From: Octopus vulgaris
Taxonomy: Eukaryota
DNA: 64,000 nucleotides
Assembly (NCBI GenBank): GCA_951406725.2
Contig: OX597828.1
Location: forward strand, 47,492,001 to 47,556,000
Direction of reading: 5' to 3'
In this document: positions 56,363 through 64,000 of the stretch, piece by piece
Numbering within the stretch: the first letter of the stretch is position 1
Layout of the letters: each line of letters begins with the position of its first letter
Made by a program: the position numbers and the translations under genes
Notes under the pieces: generated by a model
What the model was told of the DNA's origin: nothing
The model's database searches: none
The model's input: the letters and a program-made list of their open reading frames with translations, nothing else

Positions 56363-57642
56363 TAATTGTACAATCGATTCTATTATTAAAATAGTACTTT
56401 ATTTTATAAAACCTGGAAGGATAAAAGACAAAGTTATCCTCAGCAGAATTTGAGCTCAGAACATACAGAAACGAAAGAAATGCAACTAAGCTGTTTTGTC
56501 CAATGCGTTAACCTTTCTGCGAATGCTATAGAATATAATGAAAATGGTTGATAAAATCATGTTTAGAAAAATTATTATGGAAGTCACATGTGAAAAATAA
56601 AGGAGAAGTGCTTGTAGAAACATTTAAGAAGGGGTGGGGGAATAGAGAGACGGGTTTAAAGGAGACAGACATCTAAAGGCACGGAAACAGGTGAAGTGGA
56701 CAAATAGAAATAAAAAGACACTTTGTAAAAAGGAATAACAACAGAATGGGGACAGATAGAGGGGACATTAAAAATAAATAGCATGAATTGTTAAAGAAGA
56801 CATTGGGCATTGAAGAACAATTTTGCCAACAGCTAAACAGGCTTAACTTCCAAACTAGGGGACAGTGAAAAGGAGAGGACATGTGTGACTAAAAAGAAGA
56901 AAGGAGAAAAATTAGTAAATATTACAGTTTAAAAGAGGGACAGTTTAAAAGGTGAAGAAACCTTTTATAAGACATACAGAATAAACAGCAGTTTCACTGG
57001 GCTACGAAAAGAAGAGACAGGCGGAGAAAGTATGTGTGTGAGAGAAAGGGGGGTAGAGGAAAGGAGAGAGAGAACAACTGTCGTCTGCTTTAATGAATCT
57101 GCTCACCTTAAATACTTAAATAAAATGAAATAAAGTAAAATGAAATAAAGCGGGTGTTAATTCTGCCCGGGTATGAAGTAGAAGTCTAATTGTCTGAAAA
57201 CTAGTGATTTGTGGCCGATTAAGCCAAGTGGCCCCACCCACTATATCATTGTGTCAATAAGTAGAGGGGTGTCCGGGTAGGGGGCTTCGAGAGTTGTAAG
57301 GTCGTACGGGTAGGTGGGTCAACAGAAAGGTCACCGTTCTATTATTAGTAGTGTCGTTACTGTTTGTATTGTTATTCTTGTTGTTATTCATTTATTGTCA
57401 TCAGCACGTTGTCATCACCACGTCGTCGTCGTTGTGGCCGTCATCGTCATCATCATAATCATAATCATCATCGTCATCGTCGTCGTCGTCGTCATCATCA
57501 TCATCTCTTTCAACACCGCCATTACAATTATTACCGCCACCACCAACACCACAATCACCATTATTACCACCACCATTACCATTGTCATCACCATCATCAT
57601 CAACATTATCATCATCGTTGTTGTCGTCGTCGTTACCCCCCC

Positions 57643-57722
<80 letters not shown>

Positions 57723-57794
57723 GACATCGTCATCATCATAATCAACATTTCAACACCGCTATAATCATTATCACCACCACCACTACCATAGTCG

Positions 57795-57841
<47 letters not shown>

Positions 57842-58539
57842 GTTATCGTCATCGTCATCGTCGTTGTGTCATTATCATTTCCCTACTACCACCACCACCA
57901 TCACCACTGCTATCATAAGCCTCACCACTTCTATTAGTGCCACCACCATCAGAAACCACTACAACCATAGCTGACACCACCACCGCTACCACCTACGTTG
58001 GCACTATCACCACCACCGCCAGCATCACCACCACCACCACCACCACCACCACCATCCTCATCATCGTCACGATCACCTCCTCTACCAGCGTCGTCGCTAC
58101 CATCACCATCACCACCACCTCTGCCCTTATAATCGGCATCACCACCACAACCACCACCAACTCCTCTCCCTTTAATGCCGTCGCAGTTGTCGTTGCTGTT
58201 GTTAAGAAAATTGCTCGAACGACAATAAATACAAAGATGTATGGGCGGTGGGGGGCTTGCTGCTACGCCCATAGACTCCCACCACACACACACACACATA
58301 CACACACACATACACACCTTATTCTTGGCAACAACTACTACGTCAACAATAACAACAGTAACTGCGGTAGCAGCAATTACAACAAGAACAAGAAAAACCA
58401 ACATTAATAAAAAAAATTTAAAAAAAAAAAAAAACTAATCACGACATCAACACGAGAAGCAAAACAAGAAGAGGTTCTAACAACGACAACAACAACAACA
58501 ACAATGACGACGACAACAACAACTACAGCAATAACAAAA

Positions 58540-59251
58540 CCTTTTTCTTTACTACCCACAAGGGGCTAAACACAGAGAGGACAAACAAGGACAGACAGAG
58601 GGATTAAGTCGATTATATTGACCCCAGTGCGTAGCTGGTACTTAATTTATCGACCCCGAAAGAATGGAAGGCAAAGTTGACCTCGGCGGAATTTGAACTC
58701 AGAACGTACCAACGGGCGAAATACCTATTTCTTTACTACCCACAAGGGGCTAAACACAGAGGGACAAACAAGGACAGACAGAAGGATTAAGTCGATTATA
58801 TCGACCCCAGTGCGTAACTGGTACTTATTTAATCGACCCCGAAAGGATGAAAGGCAAAGTTGACCTCGGCGGAATTTCAACTCAGAACGTAACAGCAGAC
58901 GAAATACGGCTACACATTTCGCCCGGCGTGCTAACGTTTCTGCCAGCTCGCTGCCTTGAAAATAGGTATATAATGTCAATAACAACAACAATATGAAGGT
59001 TGCATATAAGAACAGGTGGGATGAGTCGATTACATCGACCCCAGTGTTTAACTGGTACTTATTTTATCGACTCCGAAAGGATGAAATGTAAAGTCGACAT
59101 CGGCGGAATTTGAACTCAGAACGTACCAACAACGGGCGAAATACTGTTAAACATGTCATCCAGCGTACTAACGATTCTGCCAGCTCGCCGCTTTGTAAAT
59201 AGGTATATAATGTCAATAACAATAACAATATGAAGGTTGCATATAAGAACA
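58540..59251 (-). repeat. Cluster of three SINE A copies with duplicated flank
   Basis: Family A homology; the 53-bp flank ataggtatataatgtcaat..gcatataagaaca occurs twice (about 58962 and 59199). Confidence 0.75.
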
Positions 59252-59524
59252 CGACGTCTTGGTTGCATGAAAAAAACAAACGCGATGGTCATGGTTAAAA
59301 CGTTGTTTAAAGAAACGAAACATCAACAACAGAAACAATAAACACAACAGCTGTAAAAACAACAGTAAGAAGAGCCAGTGTGAGTATATTTATGTGGTCA
59401 GATGCCATGCTTGAAAGACTTGTTAAACTCAGTCAGACAACGTCTTATTGTCTTAAAAACAAATGAAACAACGATTGAACAATGTTGCTTATTAATTCAT
59501 GGGATTCCAACAAAATAGTGAGAT

Positions 59525-60090
59525 TCCAAACAAGAGCTCGTGGTTTAGTCAGATTCATAGATTCATTTTGACTGAAGAGACACACAACGAGGCCGAAACA
59601 CCGTCATGTCTCAGAATCCCTTACACTGCTGAATCGCGTGCGCTGTGAACACACCTCGTATAAAAGAAGGAAGTGTTCTGCAGTGGCAAAAAACAAAAAT
59701 TAAAAAAAAACAATAATCAAATATTCACGTTCGAATCTGCCCCGAATGTATTAAGAAGGATACGTTTGTGTTTGGATTCTTACTATTTTGCGTGTACCCC
59801 ATGAATTATTATTTGTTTTGGCAGACAACAGGTTGCATCACCAAATGATTTGTTTGCTGATAACCATTAAACAAGAGTTTGTACTTTTGTCAAATTCATT
59901 GATCCGACGGGGTAACTTTGACTAAGGAGACACTCAACGAGACCGAAACGCCACGATGTATCAGAGTCGCCTTACACCGGTGAATCGCGTGTGTTGTGAA
60001 CGCACATTGTCTAAAAGAAAGAGATGTTCTCCGATGACGGAAAACAACAGCGATCATGTCTTCACGTTTGACTAAGCCAAAACGCAATAA
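59525..60090 (+). mobile_element. Diverged 350-bp tandem unit with type I hammerhead motifs (59565-59617, 59915-59967)
   Basis: Two homologous blocks 350 nt apart: ATTTTGA-CTGAAGA-...-GAAACA..TGTC-TCAGAAT and ACTTTGA-CTAAGGA-...-GAAACG..TGTA-TCAGAGT. Confidence 0.6.
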
Positions 60091-60472
60091 GAATGGTGGT
60101 GGTGGTGGTGGTGGTGGTGGTGATGGTGGTTTTGGTGGTGGTGGTGGTGGTTGTGGTGGTTTTCGTGGTGGTTTTTGTGGTGGTAGTGGTGGTGGTTTTA
60201 GTGGTGGTTTTCGTGGTGGTGGTGGTGGTTTTGGTGGTGGTGGTGGTGGTTATAGCAATGGTTATAGTGGCGGTTGTGATAGAGATGGCCGCAGCAATAA
60301 TGTTGGTATTAGAAGTGTTAAAGGCAGTGGGAGTATGTCGTGGCAGTGAAGGATGCTAATGGTGGGGTTGGTGGCAGTGGTAGCGCTGGTGATGTTCGTC
60401 GCGGTCGCTATAGACGTCATCGTCATCGTGGTCGTCGTGGTCGCCGTCGTTGTCGCCGTCGTCGTCGTCATC

Positions 60473-60525
<53 letters not shown>

Positions 60526-60647
60526 GGTTGTGGTGGTGTAGGTTGTGGTAATGGTGCAGATGTTATTCATATAATTGCATAATGTATAATGGATAAGCAT
60601 GTGCATCGGTGAGAGAGACAGACAGACAGACAGACAGATAGACAGAC

Positions 60648-60838
<191 letters not shown>

Positions 60839-61114
60839 CATATATAGAGCGATATAGTCACAATGAAAGAGAGACAGAAAGGTTGAAAGACGGAACTTGA
60901 GAAAGTGTTGATGTCAGATCTGTATAGAGTCGAGGCGGAAAAGCGTAGTTAGAAACCTGAACTACGAATTTGTTCACCCCACAAATCCGCCCACATTTCC
61001 ACCTCCCATCATCTCATATTGCTTGCCTCATTCGACACTCCTCTAATTATTATAAGTGTTTTATGCATGAATGTGTGTATGTATGTCCATGAAAGTAAAT
61101 AATAACAATAACAA

Positions 61115-61154
<40 letters not shown>

Positions 61155-61179
61155 TTATATTATATATACATATATATAA

Positions 61180-61238
<59 letters not shown>

Positions 61239-61385
61239 AGGTGTGCATTTTTATTCATTGTATGCATACTCGAAAAATAAGTACTCGATACTTAATATGG
61301 AGTAGTATTTTATCTAGACACTTCGTGATTGCTTATCTGCTTTCAGGCTACGAAATCAGATACTTACGCACAAATACATACAACG

Positions 61386-61421
<36 letters not shown>

Positions 61422-61704
61422 CATAAATGAACATACCATGAGTGACGCATATATACATTCAAACACGTGCACACACACGGATCTAAACAGTGCCTCACGG
61501 AAGGCTGTAACAACGCAGATCCAATATTAGATATGAATAACATGAACATCAGTTACTTCTGATATTTCGGGTAAACTGCACCTTTCAGAAGCATCGAAAG
61601 AATAATAGCGGATAATCGCCCGTTACCTTGATATTTCATTTATGATATACATACATACCTATATTCATCTATATATGGGTGTACGTTTATATATATGGGT
61701 GTAC

Positions 61705-61744
<40 letters not shown>

Positions 61745-61746
<2 letters not shown>

Positions 61747-61933
61747 TTAGCGGTATTTCGTCTGTCGCTACGTTCTGAGTTCAAATTCCGCCGAGGTCGA
61801 CTTTGCCATTCATTCTCTCGGGGTCGATAAATAAAGTACCAGTTTCACACTGGGTCGATGTAATGGACTTAATCCCTTTGTCTGTCCTTGTTTGTCCCCT
61901 CTATGTTTAGCCCCTTGTGAGTAGTAAAGAAAT
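61745..61933 (+). mobile_element. SINE A, 5'-truncated
   Basis: Family A homology. Confidence 0.75.
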
Positions 61934-61939
61934 ATATAT

Positions 61940-62126
61940 AATTAGAAAATGGAGGAAACTTTAGATCAATAAATCTATTGGACCATATCTGTAGCTCATT
62001 ATAAAATACAAAGCATGACATGACGTACCATTTATGTCACATAAATGTTGTTATGTCATGTTTTGTATTAAATAATAATAAGCTACAGATGTGGTCCAAT
62101 TGATTTGTTTTCTCCATTTTCCAATT
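61940..62126. repeat. Imperfect ~90-bp inverted repeat after (TA)n
   Basis: aattagaaaatggag..attggaccatatctgtagct..gcatgacatgac / gttatgtcatgt..agctacagatgtggtccaat..ctccattttccaatt. Confidence 0.7.
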
Positions 62127-62534
62127 ATCTAAATTTGATTTCTGATAAACTTTTGTTATTCTGTTGTTACCTGTACTCCACGAGCATAGTGTACCTGCAT
62201 ACCCATGCCCAGAGATAACACGGGTAACTGATACCGAAAGTAAATACCGATAATTAATTTATCCCTTAGTCGGTTACCATAACCGCTAACTCTACTTACC
62301 TATGTATAAATATATATATATGTGTGTATATATATTCACACACACACACATATATACATATACATGATATTAAAATTGTTAATACTATGTACGGAAATTT
62401 ATGTCAACACAACATTATCAAGGTAATCCATATTGGTGAAATTTTAAACATCTGAAACATTTTTAGCTGTTAACCAAATTTAACTTCAGAAATTCATTCA
62501 TTCAACCGAAAGCGACGTCACCGAATAACTACTC

Positions 62535-62931
62535 GCTCTTTACTCTTTACTCTTTACTCATTACTCTTTACTCTTTTACTTGTTTCAGTCACTTGACTGC
62601 GGCCATGCTGGAGCACCGCCTTTAGTCAAGCAACTCGACCCCGGGACTTATTCTTTGTAAGCCCAGTACTTATTCTATCGGTCTCCTTTGCCGAACCGCT
62701 AAGTGACGGGGACATAAACACACCAGCATCGGTTGTCAAGCAATGCTAGGGGGACAAACACAGACACACAAACATACACGCACACACACACATATATATA
62801 TACACATATACGACGGGCTTCTTTCAGTTACTAAACCCACCCATAGGGCTTTGGTCGGCCCGAGGCTAAAGTAGAAGACATTTGCCCAAGGTGCTACGCA
62901 AGCTTCTTACCACACAGCCACTCCCGCGCCT
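62535..62931 (-). mobile_element. SINE B with (GAGTAAA)n tail
   Basis: Family B homology with an internal deletion in the head. Confidence 0.8.
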
Positions 62932-62986
62932 CTTTATTTAGTATAATAAACCCTATTAATAGGCACTAACCTTATTTTATAACATG

Positions 62987-63480
62987 TAGGCGTGGCTGTG
63001 TGGTAAGAAATTTGCTTCCCAACCACATGGTTCCGGGTTTAGTCCCATTCTGTGGCACCTTGGGCAAGTGTGTTCTGCTATAGCTTCGGGCCAACCAAAG
63101 CCTTGTGGGTGGATTTGGTTGACGGAAACCGAAAGAAGCCTGTCCATCCCACACCCCCGCATTATAGCTTGACAACCGATGTTGGTGTGCTTACGTCCCC
63201 AAAACTTAGCGTTTCGGCAGAAAATCCCGATAGAATAAATACTAGGCTTGCAAAGTTCGCCATTACCTTCTGCCGGAGCCACATGCAGCTGATGTGTTTT
63301 ACTCATAAACACACACGTCGCCCGGTCTGAGATTCGAACCAGCGATCCCTCGACCGCGACTCCGCTGCTCTAACCACTAGGCTATGTGCCTCCACGCATT
63401 AACATATGGGGTCGATTTGTTCGGCTAAAGGCGGTGATCCTGCATGACTGAAACGAATAAATGAATAATAGAATAAAAAG
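62987..63480 (+). mobile_element. SINE B interrupted by a SINE C-like 5' fragment (63255-63397, minus)
   Basis: B head and body to about 63254, C-like head inverted, then the B tail resumes at about 63405. Confidence 0.65.
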
Positions 63481-63664
63481 AATACATATACATATGTACA
63501 CGCACATGCATACATACACACACATGCAGACACACATACACCCACACACATGTGTGTGTTTGTGTGTTTGTATGTGTCTGTGTGTGTGTGCACTTGTCTT
63601 TTAATCGTTCATCCTCTCACTATCCCTCTCTCTCTCTCTCTCTCTTTCTATATATCTATTTATC

Positions 63665-63760
<96 letters not shown>

Positions 63761-64000
63761 CAGGTAGACGTATCCGTCTCTCTTCCACTGATTCTGTCTC
63801 CAGTCAGTCTCATGTTGCTAGAAACGAAGCACGTGATCAAGTCACGTGCGACGCGGTCTGAAAACGCTTTTGCGGCTTTTGCACGTCTTCCTTGCCGTGT
63901 GTCGTTGGGCAATTATTAGCAGAGAAATGTGACACACTAATAAAGATGGGTGTGGCTGTGAAGGTTGATGTAGTGGGGGCATGAGATGGGGATAGTGATG

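Noticed and set aside
60056-60349. Glycine-rich protein ORF
   Set aside because: Degenerate (GGT)n repeat lying antisense within the Rx intron
61555-61595. Hammerhead-like hairpin CTTCTGA..CCGAAATATCAGAAG (minus)
   Set aside because: CUGANGA core is incomplete
63664-63912. ORF as the upstream Rx homeobox exon
   Set aside because: No RRNRTTF/LERAF/YPD motifs, and it runs into (GATA)n

Overview
AT-rich, microsatellite-saturated eukaryotic DNA. The SINE repertoire and composition point to an octopus (coleoid cephalopod) genome; this is an inference. The only host-gene coding sequence I can support is the last exon of a retinal homeobox gene (Rx/rax, minus strand, 54343-54822): homeodomain helix 3 VWFQNRRAKWRRQE, Rx motif, PLETWL and a C-terminal OAR domain. 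It is split by the ORF track, and its upstream exons lie beyond the window. The rest is repeats: three tRNA-derived SINE families, decayed CR1-group, RTE and R4/Dong LINEs, Penelope-like (GIY-YIG) fragments, Tc1/mariner remnants and MITEs, and a U6 retrocopy fused to a SINE. The most striking hidden layer is a set of hammerhead-ribozyme (HHR)-bearing elements, many in (TA)n tracts. The main one is a 1.76-kb near-perfect palindrome (23821-25581) built from a 490/491-bp tandem unit with four type I HHRs, i.e. a retrozyme/Penelope-pLTR-like unit that could yield a ~490-nt circular RNA. There is also an older 350-bp HHR tandem with a compensatory stem change in the Rx intron, and about 8 further minimal or degenerate HHR motifs. 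All structures were paired by eye; nothing was computed or searched.
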